Source: Octopus sinensis (lineage: Eukaryota). From it: a DNA stretch of 64,000 bases. The DNA is taken from contig NC_042998.1 in assembly GCF_006345805.1 (NCBI RefSeq), positions 207,328,001-207,392,000 of the forward strand, in the 5' to 3' direction. This document shows, one piece after another, positions 11,854-24,910 of this stretch. The notes below the pieces were generated by a model. That model made no database searches and was not told where the DNA came from. It saw only the letters and a list, made by a program, of their open reading frames with translations. Positions within the stretch are counted from its first letter, which is position 1; every line of letters starts with the position of its first letter. The position numbers and the translations under genes were made by a program.

Positions 11854-11891
11854 AAACCTGATGATTGTGTAACGCATGAAAGCACTAGTTT
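11854..11891 (+). ncRNA. Minimal type I hammerhead in Penelope 3' pLTR
   Basis: aaac-CTGATGA-ttgtgtaacgcat-GAAA-gcac-TA|gttt. Confidence 0.65.
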
Positions 11892-12045
11892 TATCGCAAT
11901 AAATATATAATATTCTATTATAAAAAAATTGTAAAAAAATGAAAAAATTGTAAATAATAAAACGTGAAAATCAGACCAGGTCGGAATTTTATTGATTAAT
12001 ATATTCTTCTATACTCAATCATACAAACTCATATATATATATATA

Positions 12046-12107
<62 letters not shown>

Positions 12108-12109
12108 TA

Positions 12110-12147
<38 letters not shown>

Positions 12148-12189
12148 TTCAGAGATTTATTATTATATATATATATATATATATATATA

Positions 12190-12400
12190 ATATCAACACG
12201 GCAGTTTGTCTGTCTGTGTGTCTGTCAGGTTGTACCCTGACCCTGACCAAGGCTTTCAACCGATACTGATGAAACTTGACATACACATAGCCCAATGTCA
12301 TAATTCAAAACTAACGCAGCGAAAATTTTGAAAAGTTCCCCCAGTTCTGAAAACAATCGATAAATTCGACATGGGGTCGAGAATCTAAGCTTTTTATATG
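12190..12400 (+). mobile_element. Probable Helitron 5' portion
   Basis: gtttgtctgtctgtgtg..aaccgatactgatgaaacttgacatacac, resembling non-autonomous Helitron 5' regions. Confidence 0.35.
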
Positions 12401-13295
12401 CAACACATTTTCTGTTGTAGTTTTCGCAACTTGCAATCTATTTTTACCAAACTCATGGTGAAGCTTAATGTTACCCTAAGAAACTTAATTCTGACGTTAG
12501 TTTTCCATGCAGCACACCTACCATAAGAAAAAATCGATAAAATCATGCCATTTTGGGAAATCTCGTTCAAATTAAAGATGACATATTTTCGACAATATCT
12601 TTCACAAATTGGCAGGAATTTTTTTTTTAAAAATTCACAGCGAGCATCATGTCTGGTCCAAGGAGCTATATGGCCCTTTTTATTCCAATATGATACTTTA
12701 TTTATGGAAAAAAAAAATCGGTTAATTAAATCATATGTGGCACACATAGCAAACCGATTTGTTATTAAACACAAACCACAGACTGTCTAGGGGACGCAAT
12801 TGGTTGGGTTGAATTATCGATAGCTGTTTGATAGTTATTTGGGAGTGAAGAGAAGACATTGCAACCTACACATGCGCCTTCGTTCCCTAGAGGGAAAGGA
12901 CTAGATTGGGATTATTTCCTTATGTGTTTACGGATGGTTGAATTTTTTTTTTTGTGGTGTGTGTGTGTGTGTGTGTGTATACATCTTTATGGGGGTGTGC
13001 GTATGTGTGTGTATATAGCGGGGGGAGCAAGTGTAGGCTTTCATATTACATGCAGCTTACGTCAGTTGTTCATGTATACAAAGTTGCATTAAACACACAC
13101 ATGTATGTATGCATGGAAAAATGTGTGTGTGTGAGTATAATATATATGTATGTGTGGTGTATGTATATATATATAATGTATATATATATATATGTATATA
13201 TATTTCTTCTAATATTCATACGCATCTTTGAATATATGAATATATATCTATATACACACATACATATATATATATATATTCCATATCTCTCACTC

Positions 13296-13331
<36 letters not shown>

Positions 13332-13345
13332 TTGTGTATATATAT

Positions 13346-13388
<43 letters not shown>

Positions 13389-13399
13389 ATATATATATA

Positions 13400-13615
13400 T
13401 ATATACAAAATGTGACCTCGGGTGTACCGTTGGCGATTTTTCCCTCTGTCTTCCTTTCTCTGGATCTTTCCTTCTCCTATGTTTCCGACGAAGAGGCTCC
13501 GCTCGAAACGTTAAACCCTCCTTCTTTCTTCTTTCCTGAGCGTCCAATAATACTATATTTGCTCCACGTCCTCGTGTTGTTGTGTTTTTGTGCTTTTTCC
13601 TGTTTGGATTAACAA
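13400..13615 (+). mobile_element. Short PLE-like repeat with minimal hammerhead-like motif (family H3)
   Basis: GAAGAG-gctccg-CTCGAAACGTTAAA; related to 21050-21310 and 51962-52155; (TA)n flanks. Confidence 0.45.
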
Positions 13616-14651
13616 TATATAAATATTATATATATATATATATATATATAGATATATATATATATATATATAGATATATATATATATCATACTACAGATA
13701 TAGGGTGAAATATAATTAATTTAATAAAATCAACAAATTTCCCCTAGTAGTATTTCGTTATGGAAAAATACCATATTCGGTGAAAAACTTATATAATTAT
13801 AATAATAAGGGTTTTTGCAACAAGTTGCTTGACCACATACCGAAAATTTTAGAAATAGCAGCCGAATGGCTACTATATAGTAGTAAGTTTGCCTTTTTAT
13901 TGTCTTCAAAAGTTTGTTTGGATAATATTTTTTATGTAAAAGTTGTGCAACAACTAATAAATACAAAATACATTCGGTTGTGCCAATTCTTTGCACGGGA
14001 AACCTGCCTTGTGTGGCGTGTTTCCCCATTTTGTAAATTCGTCTTCGGCTTTCCTCGCCATTCTCTGCTTTGACCATGGCGAATTCAAAGCCATGAAGTC
14101 GTTCTTCGAGAAGAACGGTGGTCTCCTTGGCAACGCTTACGACGTGTGTTTCCCCTCCCCTCCCCTTCCCCACAGCTTCACGAGGGAGGGAAAGAAGGGG
14201 AGGAGCAAGACAGGTGCAGGTGCGAGCATGGACGCCGACACACGAAGAATTGGAAGAAACCAGACGACAGCTTCACAGTCAACGACTACTACGGACAACT
14301 CTGCCACGACCACCACCAACTATGGCGAAAGAATGTATCTGGTGGACGCGCCTGAAAGGATTAGAGACAAACACTTTCCTCTCTGGTCAATCTCTCATCA
14401 ACTTCTTCAAGTATCACTAGCGAATGTTTTAAAAAAAAGATGGGTGAATGTAGCAAGGATGGCACGTATGAATGACGAAGCCATCTTGAGCATGATCCTA
14501 TGAATGAAAAAAAGAAAGGAAAAAGAGAGACATTTACTGTAATATGACATTCTCGGCCAAGGTTACCGTGGTGTTTCCGTAGGCTTTTCTTTTCACGGAT
14601 AAACCTAATCTGTTTTCCCTTTTTACATTGACATTTCTGTGAATTTGGTTG

Positions 14652-14788
14652 GGTTCCGTCTACCAAATCCACTCACAAGGCTTTGGTCGGCCCGAGGCTA
14701 TAGTAGAAGATACTATACGCCGTGGTACTGAACCCGGAACCTTGTGGTTGGTAAGCAAGCTACTTACCACACAGCCACTCCTGCACCT
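14652..14788 (-). mobile_element. SINE family 1 head
   Basis: Reverse-complement match. Confidence 0.75.
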
Positions 14789-14789
14789 A

Positions 14790-15190
14790 TATATATATAT
14801 ATATATATATATATAGCTGAAGTTGTCTGTGTATGGCAGGTTTGGTAGCCTTCAACAAACACTATCTCCTCCGAGACCCTGCGGCACAAGTTGACCAAAA
14901 TTGAAAGTATGATAGAAGAAGGCTTGCTCTTCCTTCCGTAGAAGAAAAAATTCAAATCGGACCATGTTAACACCAAAAATTATTTACATCAAAAAGGTGC
15001 TTATTTTTCTATGAAAATCCCTATTTTTTACGATTTTTTGATAGCTGTGTCGCCATTTTTCGGTGTATTTCAACAAGAAAAATGTTCACTTAAAGAGAAT
15101 AACAAGCGACATAATGCAAAATTTTTACTTTTCAAAAATTCCATTCTAAGGGTCGAAACAAACCCGAGCAACGCCGGGCGATACTGCTAG
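14790..15190 (+). mobile_element. Non-autonomous Helitron, subfamily B
   Basis: 3' cccgagcaacgccggg-cgatactgCTAG|T at 15190; 5' end lies in a TA run; similar to 32875-33266. Confidence 0.8.
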
Positions 15191-15198
15191 TATATATA

Positions 15199-15253
<55 letters not shown>

Positions 15254-15464
15254 GGATGTGTATTTTTCTCTTGTTTACAATTAACACGGAAAATAGTTAA
15301 ACAGTTACCAGGGTAGCAAAAATCACACAAGTAATAAGGAACGTAACACCCTGTTTGTAAAGGTAGAAACTCCGGGTTGATGTGGAACAATACCAATGTT
15401 GTCTTCGAAACATGTGTCGGAAGTAAAAGAATTTGAATAACACCTGCGTTTAACTCCATATAAT

Positions 15465-15514
<50 letters not shown>

Positions 15515-15839
15515 TACTACTAATATAGGATGAAGTCTTTTTACAGAAAAAAATTTCATCAAAAAAGTGACAGCATATTAAAATACCTTTACGGTTAAAA
15601 TTATAAACAATTTATAAACAAGGGCAAAAGAAAATTATTTCTATGCCAATATGCTGATAACAGACTTTTAAATCGTCAATTTCCACATATTATTATACCC
15701 TTTACAGAAATACGTTGTGCTGAAATCGAGGAAACCTACCCAACAGAATTTTTTTTAAAGTTCGTTATTTCTATATTGAATCAATTTCGGAATTAATCTC
15801 ATAATAGATTTTTTATTAAATCTATTATGAGATTAATTC

Positions 15840-15988
15840 CGAAATTGCCGAGCATATGGGAAGCAGTAATTGAAGTAGATGGTGAATATGCTCCAGAATA
15901 ATCATTTAAACATATTTTTGTTACATGTTGTTATTGTTTTTGCTGAATAAAATTTGTTGAAAGCCGAAATAATTATGTACCAACCCAA

Positions 15989-15990
<2 letters not shown>
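15840..15990 (+). mobile_element. mariner 3' end (transposase C-terminus plus right TIR)
   Basis: KLPSIWEAVIEVDGEYAPE*; terminal tatgtaccaacccaa|TA. Confidence 0.65.
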
Positions 15991-16049
<59 letters not shown>

Positions 16050-16072
16050 CAAAATAAGCAACAAGGATATTC

Positions 16073-16134
<62 letters not shown>

Positions 16135-16446
16135 GTGTGTATGTATGTATATATATATATATATCTGCCGGCAACCCTGGTCGCCTAGGGTGAAATGTAA
16201 AATGAACTTTTTTTAGTTTATCGTACTTCGATACGAAAAAGTTCTACAACTTTCCGTCTTAATAAACGACTATTGTTCCTGAAATTTGTTTTTTTTACTA
16301 TTTACTACGGATTACTGGAAGCTAACTTTCTTCCTACATCTCGATCCCTGGATCTTACACACACACATACACACATGTACATATGACAGTTTTCATTCAG
16401 TTTCCGTCTACCAAATCCACTCACAAGTTCTTGATTGACCCGAGGC

Positions 16447-16676
16447 TATAGTAAAGACCTGATGCCAAAGCTTGGGACAAATCCCTCCAGGATCTCCCAG
16501 ATGTATATTATGACATATCTTTCTCGCTTTCGCTCTAAGGAATAGAGCCTGAATCTCTTGAGTCTTTCCCAATAGCTTATATGCTGCATAGAGGCTATCT
16601 TCTTCGTGTAGCTTCGTTGGATTGCCTCATGTTCTGAGATTAATTTGACACTGATTGGTGCCATAGCTGAGAGCAA
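16447..16676 (-). mobile_element. CR1-clade LINE fragment (RT C-terminal region)
   Basis: APISVKLISEHEAIQRSYTKKIASMQHISYWERLKRFRLYSLERKRERYVIIYIW. Confidence 0.8.
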
Positions 16677-17109
16677 TAGTCAACGTATGAATTTATTATA
16701 TCATTATAGTATTGTATACAAAATATATAGTATATTAAATATCAAATGATTCATAGCATATATATAAGTTAGTAAAATATAAAATATTTATTTACGCATA
16801 AAATAGCGTGGGGCAGAGGGTATTATGTGGCCACGAGGGTGGCGATGACCCCAAAAGTTTGAGAACCTCTGTATCTGTAACCGACAGCAACCACTAAATT
16901 ATTTAAAACAATTAACAAAAGTATGGAAGATGTTACGAAGTCATAAAACCAACGGCTTGCTGTTGTGACATCCATAGTATTGGCTGTTCCCGTTTTAAGT
17001 TAAATATCATCTCTGGTTCAGTATTTAATCATAGACGTTCTAGTCGTGACCATCCAGCTTTTTTTTATAAATATTCACCAAAGTATGATATTATTTTATA
17101 GCCTTAAAA

Positions 17110-17590
17110 GCATTGAAACTCTGTTCTCTCCAGCGCCGCCGTGAACGATACATCATTTGCAGGAAGTGGAGAAAACACAGCCAGCACTGCCCAATCGACC
17201 TCAACATTAGCTTCAAAATTTATCCAAAGCAAGGACCACGGGTCATACGTCCCCTATCCAATTTAGGATCACAACTTATAAATGCACTGCAACATAATTC
17301 CTTTTCCTCAAAAGGCCCGGCCCTGTTTAAGATTGTCCCAAGACAGATCAAAGAGGAAAGGATCTCATCACCTTTAAACGGAATCTGGACAAAATTCTTC
17401 AAGGAATACCGGATGAGCCACCCATAGCTGGATACAACTCACTCAACAAGAACTCCCTACTCGAATGGGTCATGACAATACAAAACTTGGCTTACAAAGG
17501 ATTTAGATAATCCTATCAGGTGGTGCTATTAAGTTAGACAAGGCCTGGACCAATCTTTGGTCGAAATATATCTAAGTTTTATCTAATATC
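17110..17590 (+). mobile_element. CR1-clade LINE 3' end
   Basis: LKLCSLQRRRERYII..HNSFSSKGPALF.IVP..FKRNLDKILQGIPDEP..NSLL. Confidence 0.75.
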
Positions 17591-18014
17591 TGTTTCTATT
17601 TCTAAGACTATAAGGTGCATTTTGCGGGAGATTTAGCTGTCATTTTTGTTAGGTTAAGGGACCACGTAAAGTCTCCCTTATTTGGCAGGTCACGTGTTTT
17701 TGGTACTTGTAAATGACAATTTCTGCCTTTTTCCTTCTTAAGAGTGATCGATTAAATAGATTCTCAAAACTATTTGATATCGAAGAAAACAATGAATAAA
17801 AAGCAAAAAAAAAAAAATATATATATATATGTACCACCACCATCACCACTATGATTGCCATAACTCATAACCTTCGCCACTACCATCATCACCACCTCCA
17901 CTTCCACAGTTTCTCCATCACGATCACCCACAACTACCACCATCGCCGCCTCCACGGCCGCCACCATCAACACCACTATCATCACCTCCACCATCACCAC
18001 CACCGCCATCTTCT

Positions 18015-18045
<31 letters not shown>

Positions 18046-18679
18046 CCAACCCCCACCACCACCACCACCTCAACATCAACTAAATGAGATCCTAGTTTTC
18101 ACATCTGTGTCGAGTTGTCTTTGAGGTGTTTCTTAGATTTTTTTTTCTCCTCTCTCATTAATTATCTCGGTTTCTAAAATGTATTTGTTAAAAGTTCATT
18201 TAAAAGAGATCATTGTTTTTCCGTTTGTAGTCCATTGGTTTATTGACATTAACAACAACAACAACAAAAAACAAAAAAAAAGCAACAAAACAAAAACAAA
18301 ACCAAAAACGGTAAACGAACAATAAAAGAATTCTGTCGATAAATTCATATTAAAAATTACGATCAACAAATTCCGGTTTCAATTATTCATCCATTTTGTT
18401 TTCTAACACAATTAGCCGTAAAAATCTCACCTGCTCAAGAATTACCTTTTAATTTGTACACCCTCCACCTTTCATTCTCCTCTTTTGTTATTTCTTACTT
18501 TAAGAATTCTAAGGGTTTTAATGTTGTTAAGTTACTTTTGTTTCGAGGCGTGGGTGTGCGGTAAGTAACTTGCTTGCCAAATATAGTACCCCGGTTTCAA
18601 TCCCAGTATATGTCATATTGTTTTCGACTCTAAGCACAAGACCCGAAATTTTTAGGAGGGGATTAGGTAGATTAGATCG

Positions 18680-19012
18680 ATTCCAGTACGCAACTGGTAC
18701 TTAATTTATTGACCCCGAAAGGATGAAAGGGTAAAGTCGGTGGAATTTGAACTCAGAACGTAAAGACAGGCGAAATACCTATTTCTTTACTATCCACAAG
18801 GGACTAAACACAGAGGGGACAAACAAGAACAGATAAACGGATTAAGTCGATTACATCGACCCCAGTGCGTAACTGGTACTTAATTTATCGACTCCGAAAG
18901 GATGAAAGGCAAAGTCGACCTCGGAGGAATTTGAACTCAGAACGTAACGGCAGACGAAATACCGCTAAGCATTTCGTCCAGCGTGCTAACATTTCTGCCA
19001 GCTCACCTCCTT
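18680..19012 (-). mobile_element. SINE family 2, 1.5-mer form
   Basis: Two central domains joined at aaagaaataggtatttcg. Confidence 0.75.
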
Positions 19013-19114
19013 CCAGTATACGTCATATTGGACATCTACTCTAGCCTCGTGCCGACGAAAGCCCTGTAAATGGATTTGGTAAGCGGAAACTTATAGAAGC
19101 CTGTAAGTATGTAT

Positions 19115-19168
<54 letters not shown>

Positions 19169-19290
19169 TTCTCACACACACACACACACACATATATATA
19201 TACATACATACATACATACATACATGCATACATATATACAGACATATATACATACACACACACAAACACACACATATATATATATATAAA

Positions 19291-19686
19291 GGCGCAGGAG
19301 TCGCTATGTGGTAAGAAGCTTGCTTCCCAACCACATGGTTCCGGGTTCGGTCCCTCTGTGTGGTACCTTGGGCAAGAGTCTTCTACTATAGCCTTGTGAG
19401 TGGATTTGGTAGACGGAAACTGAAAGAAGCTCGTCGTATATTTATATATATATATGTATGTGTGTGTGTATGTATATGTTTGTGTGTCTGTGTTTTTCCC
19501 CCTCCAACATCGCTTGGCAAATGATGCTGGTGTGTTTACGTCCCCGTCACTTAGCAGTTCGGCAAGAGGGCCCGATAGAATAAGTACTAGGCTTACAAAG
19601 AATAAGCCCTTGGGTCAATTTGCTCGACTAAAGGCGCTGCTCCAGCATGGCCGCAGTCAAATGACTGAAACAAATAAAAGAAAGAA
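19291..19686 (+). mobile_element. SINE family 1
   Basis: Full-length match. Confidence 0.8.
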
Positions 19687-21049
19687 AGAAATATGTATGT
19701 ATGTGTGTGTGAGTCATTTTGTCTGTGTTTTGTTCCCCACCACCGCTTCACAACAGGTGGTGGTGTGTTTCGTCACCGTAACTTAGCGACTCGGCAAGAG
19801 ATTCCGATGGAATAAGTGCTAGGTGTACAAGAAAAAAGAACAAACAAAAACCATACAAAAACGAAACATAAAAACAAAACAGGTACTGGAGAAGGTTCAT
19901 TCGACTGAAATTTTCGAAGTTTGTGCTCCAGCATGGCCGCTGTGAAATGCCTGACACAAGTAAAAAATAAATGAAAGATAATAGCGTATCCATTCATTCT
20001 TAATATCTTGATACGTTCTGGTGGACTCGAACGTAAATATGCTTATCGCTGTTGCTTTTCATCATCGGAGAATATCTCTCCCCCGTTTAGAAACATGCGA
20101 CTTACCGATGTTAGGAGACACCCAGACATCGCAGTTCTGGTGGGAAAGAGACGCGTAAAATTCCGAACTTTGACATATCATATCTTTTACTTCTTTCAAT
20201 CATTGAACTGCGGCCATGCTGGGGCACCGCCTTGAAGGGTTTATTAAAAAAATCGGTTATAGTACTTATTTTTTAATAGAACCGCTCCGTTACAGTGACG
20301 CACACAAACCAGCACCGGTTTTCAAGGCGTGGGACGGGGACCAAACACAAACATACGCACACAACTACAGATGTATATATATACTGCGGGTTTCCAACAT
20401 ACATATTTATATGTGTTCGGATTGTCCTTGCACAGGGGCCATCCGGACTCTCGTCTTCGCCGTGAACAGAGATTAATCTTCTCCCTTCGCTCCTTTGCAC
20501 CACATAGGCTCAACTCTCCTCCCCTCTTCATTTAACCCGCCTCCCCTCTCCTCTCTTCCTCTCACACTTACTTCCTCCCAACCACTTCTTTCTTGCTCTG
20601 ACTCCTACTTTTCTTCACTTCTACTCTCCTTCTCTCTTCTCTTCACTCCTACCCACCTTTTACTTTCCCCCTCTCCCTTCATCGTCACTCCTCCCTCGTA
20701 ACCCCACACCTACACAATCCAACCCCGCCTTCCCTATCCATACCATCCCACACCCACCCTATCCCTTACAACCACTCCCACATACACCACCTCTACTTCC
20801 AACCTCAGCCTAACCCACACCCTACCCTTGCTTTCCCTACATCCGAACACCATTACACCACACACCACCATACCACACAACACCACATCACATCACACCA
20901 CGCACACTCTAGCACTGACCACATCGCAGCCCCACACCATCATCCACACACCTACTCATGCGCACACGCTCACGTCATGGTCACGTCAAGCCCTCTTCCA
21001 CACGCACAAACACGCTCTCACATACAAACGCACGCGCACCTTCGTTTTG

Positions 21050-21310
21050 GGATCGCCACTACTTTATTATCTTCCCTTCTTAGCTGTCATGTGTAATCCC
21101 TCTGTCTGGCAGTCGCCATGATAGATCGCTAGCCACCACACATTCTTTATTTTTCTCTCCTTGTTTCTTTCTGTGTTCCTTTTCTGTGGAAGAGCGTAGG
21201 CACGAAACGTTAAAGACTTTTTCACTTCTTGAGCGTTAAACAAATACATCTGTTTGTTTTCTACACCACCTGTCTTCGTCTTTTGTTTTTTTTGTGAATT
21301 CTCCCTATTT
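21050..21310 (+). mobile_element. Family H3 PLE-like repeat
   Basis: GAAGAG-cgtagg-CACGAAACGTTAAA. Confidence 0.45.
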
Positions 21311-21333
21311 ATATACATCTATATATATATATG

Positions 21334-21364
<31 letters not shown>

Positions 21365-21368
<4 letters not shown>

Positions 21369-21700
21369 TAGATAAACTTAGATATGTTTCGACCAAAGAT
21401 TGGTCCAGGCCATGTCTAACTTAATAGCACCACCTGATACGATCATTCGAATCCTGTTTAAGTCAAGTTTTGTTTATGGTTCATTCAAGTAGTGAGTTCT
21501 TGTTGGGTGAGTTGTATCCAATTATGGGTGGCTTATCTGGTATTCTTTGAAGGAATCTATCCAGACTCCGTTTAAAGTTGATGGGATCCTTTTCCTCTTT
21601 GATCTCTTTCGGGACAATGTTAAATAGGGCAGGGCCTGTTGAGGAAAAGAAATTATGTTGCAGTGTACATGTATGCTGTGATCTTGAATTGGGCAGAGAC
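21365..21700 (-). mobile_element. CR1-clade LINE 3' end (same family as 17110-17590)
   Basis: Reverse-complement match including the terminal ggtcgaaacatatctaag. Confidence 0.75.
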
Positions 21701-22183
21701 GTATATATATATATATATATTTACAGCAAGAAAAACAGACTGGGTAGGGAAAGAGGAGAGAATTTGAAACCGAGATACAGATTTGTGAAAACAGAGATTA
21801 GATGCTTATTTATGGCGCCAGAGATGGAAATCCATGTCCGCCTAAACATTACTCCCCGTTCAAAGACAGATGTCTACGCAGTTGATAATTTTGCAAGAAT
21901 GATGCCTAAATGAAAGAAGGTGCTGCATCGGCGGCAGACATTTTCACACGATTTTCATTTGTTTTCGATTTCATGTGTGAAATGTAGAATAATTAAATAA
22001 CACGTTTCTGTTGGTTTCATTTAAAATATAATTACACAATTAGACAGATTGATGAACTTATTGTAAAAAAACAAAAAAACAGTACATTTTGATAGTGTTT
22101 TGACTATAGATATGAAATAAGTTATACATTTCCTTGAAAATGTCAATCTTCCTTGGGTTTTGGTTTTAAATAATGATGATGAC

Positions 22184-22246
<63 letters not shown>

Positions 22247-22249
22247 TAA

Positions 22250-22350
22250 TGAGTAAAAATCTTGAGAAGTACGTGGAACAAATAGGAGCTGCAATAAGGG
22301 TGGAACACTTGTAAAAAACAGCATTGCTTGAAACCGCCCGAATACTAGGG
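22250..22350 (+). mobile_element. R4/Dong-like fragment after (TAA)n
   Basis: SKNLEKYVEQIGAAIRVEHL.KTALLETARIL. Confidence 0.7.
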
Positions 22351-22522
22351 AGTGGTCGGTTGCATAGACTCCAATGTTTTACTGGTGCTTAATTCATCGA
22401 CCCACAAAGGATGAAAGGCAATGTCAACCTTTGGCGGAATTTGAACTCAGAACGTAAAGACGGACGAAATACCGCTAGCATTTCGCCTGGCGCGCTAACG
22501 TTTCTGTCAACTAGCTGCCTTC

Positions 22523-22596
<74 letters not shown>

Positions 22597-22599
22597 TAA

Positions 22600-23112
22600 T
22601 CTTAACTGATTGGAAGTGTTATCATGTACATTGTTTTGTATTGGTATAAAAGATGGGCTACAGCAAATATTCTGCTCAATTCCACAGATTTGCTTGTCAG
22701 TTGTTTGACCTTAACCAGTTGAGCATGTCCCTTAGTGGCTGACGATACGTGCATCTCTGATCACGAAAAGTAGTGGAGGAGCATCATAGCCATGTGTTGA
22801 GAGGGATTCTTTGGGGTTTGAATAATTCACCTCTGGAAACACGGGTGTCTCGTTCAACATCCTTAAACAATCTTTATTCAGGGACCTTTTGAGCGGGATG
22901 GGTTACTCGACCAGAAGAACATTCGAACTGGGCCCCACCTGCAAGGTCATGTGCTGTTTATCTTGATATGAGATCACCATGTCACGCACATATGGTTGTA
23001 ATGCATGTGTCTAGTGTACCCTTATGAGACGGGTAGTCATGATGGGTATACTGGGCTTCGTATATTTTACCCCTGTGTCACTTTGATGGCATGCACTGCT
23101 CTCTCACTCACC
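22600..23112 (+). mobile_element. (TAA)n-associated retroposon, 5'-truncated
   Basis: Starts tcttaactgattgg, ends ctgctctctcactc then (AAT)n. Confidence 0.8.
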
Positions 23113-23113
23113 C

Positions 23114-23167
<54 letters not shown>

Positions 23168-23170
<3 letters not shown>

Positions 23171-23592
23171 TGATCTTAACGGATTGGAAGTGTTATGTAC
23201 ATTGTTTTGTTTTGGTATAAAAAGATTGACCTTAACCAGTGGCGCATGTCTCTTAATGGCTGAGGATGTGTGCATCTCTGATCACCAGTAGAAATAGTGG
23301 GGTAGCATCATAGCCATGTGATGAAAGGAATTCTTTGGGGTTTGGATAATTCCCCTCTGGAAACATGGATCTTTTGAACGGAATGGGCTACTCAACCCGA
23401 AGAAAATTCTAACTGGGCCCCACCCGCAAGGTCATGCGCTGTTTATCTTGTTATGAGCTCAACATGTCGCGCACATATGGTTGTGATGCATGTGCCTAGT
23501 GTACCCTTATCAGACGGGTAGTCATGATGGGTATACTGGGCTTCGTATATTTTACCCGTGTCACTTTGATGACAAGCACTGCTCTCTCACGC
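23168..23592 (+). mobile_element. (TAA)n-associated retroposon, 5'-truncated with internal deletions
   Basis: Second tandem copy. Confidence 0.75.
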
Positions 23593-23594
23593 AA

Positions 23595-23628
<34 letters not shown>

Positions 23629-23656
23629 GCTGTTGCTGCTGCTGCTGCTGCTGCTG

Positions 23657-23695
<39 letters not shown>

Positions 23696-24029
23696 ACTAC
23701 TACTACTAATCATCATCATCATAATAATAGTAATGTGTTTCCTTGAAAATACATCTTAAATTATTTTTATCATGTATCTACATGATTATCCAATGTCCTC
23801 CCGTTCAAAAAAAAAAAAAAAGGAGTAGTGTGTAATTTGAGGGAAACTTGGTTTCTTGTTCTAGCAAGCTGAGTGCCTATTCAGTCTTTCAATGTGTCCT
23901 TCCCTGTTTTTAAGACTGTAAGGCGTGATTTGAGAGACATTTGGCTGCGGTTTCGACGTGGCACGTAGAAGCACCGTCGCTGCTGCGTCAAGCGTTTTCG
24001 CTATTTATCAATACAATTCTTTTATTCTG

Positions 24030-24262
24030 GTATTATTGTATTTCTTTCAGTCATTTGACTGTGGCCATGGGGTGGGGTGGGGGGACAAACACAGACACAA
24101 ACATATACATAACATGTATATATACGACGGGCTTCTTTCAGTTTCCGTCTATGAAATCCACTCACAAGCCTTTAGGTAGCTCGGGGCTATAGTAAAAGAC
24201 ATTTGCCCAAGGTGCTATGCAGTGGGAAGCAAACTTCTTATAAAAAATCCACACCTACGCCT
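24030..24262 (-). mobile_element. SINE family 1 (degenerate)
   Basis: Reverse-complement match. Confidence 0.65.
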
Positions 24263-24552
24263 TGCAAGTACAATTCGATAGATGGAAACTGTGTGGAAAC
24301 CTGTCCATAGGAGGGATCTTTTCGCTTCTGAAGTGAGAAACTTGTTGGTTTAACACGTCACCCTTCACCTCTGGGTCTCAGAAAATATTATGATGCAAGG
24401 ATTCGAACCAGGTCTCCAGATTAAAAGTAAATTCCTCCCTGCCTTCCTCTCTACCAGTCTCAAGAACCATGAAAGGGGGGGGGCATGGGTGCTCCCGTTG
24501 TTTGATTAAATAATTAAGATAAATTTATATGGTAATGTATGCCATGTCATAA

Positions 24553-24910
24553 AGGCGGGGAGCTGGCAGAAACGTTAGCACGCCGGGCGAAATGCGTAGC
24601 CGTATTTCGTCTGCCGTTACGTTCTGAGTTCAAATTCCGCCGAGGTCGACTTTCCCTTTCATCCTTTCGGGGTCAATAAATTAAGTACCAGTTACGCACT
24701 GGGGTCGATATAATCGACTTAATCCGTTTGTCTGTCCTTGTTTGTCCCCTCTGTATTTAGCCCCTTGTGGGTAGTAAAGAAATAGGCATTTCGTCTGTCT
24801 ATACGTTCTGAGTTCAAATTCCGCCGAGGTCCACTTTGCCTTTCATCCTTTCGGGGTCGATAAATTAAGTACCAGTTGCGTTGGACCTTGTGCCTTGAGT
24901 AGAAAAGAAA
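24553..24910 (+). mobile_element. SINE family 2, 1.5-mer form
   Basis: Full monomer plus a second central domain. Confidence 0.8.

Noticed and set aside
17520-17580. Hairpin plus GAAAC at the CR1 3' end resembling a hammerhead
   Set aside because: No CUGANGA core at the required position
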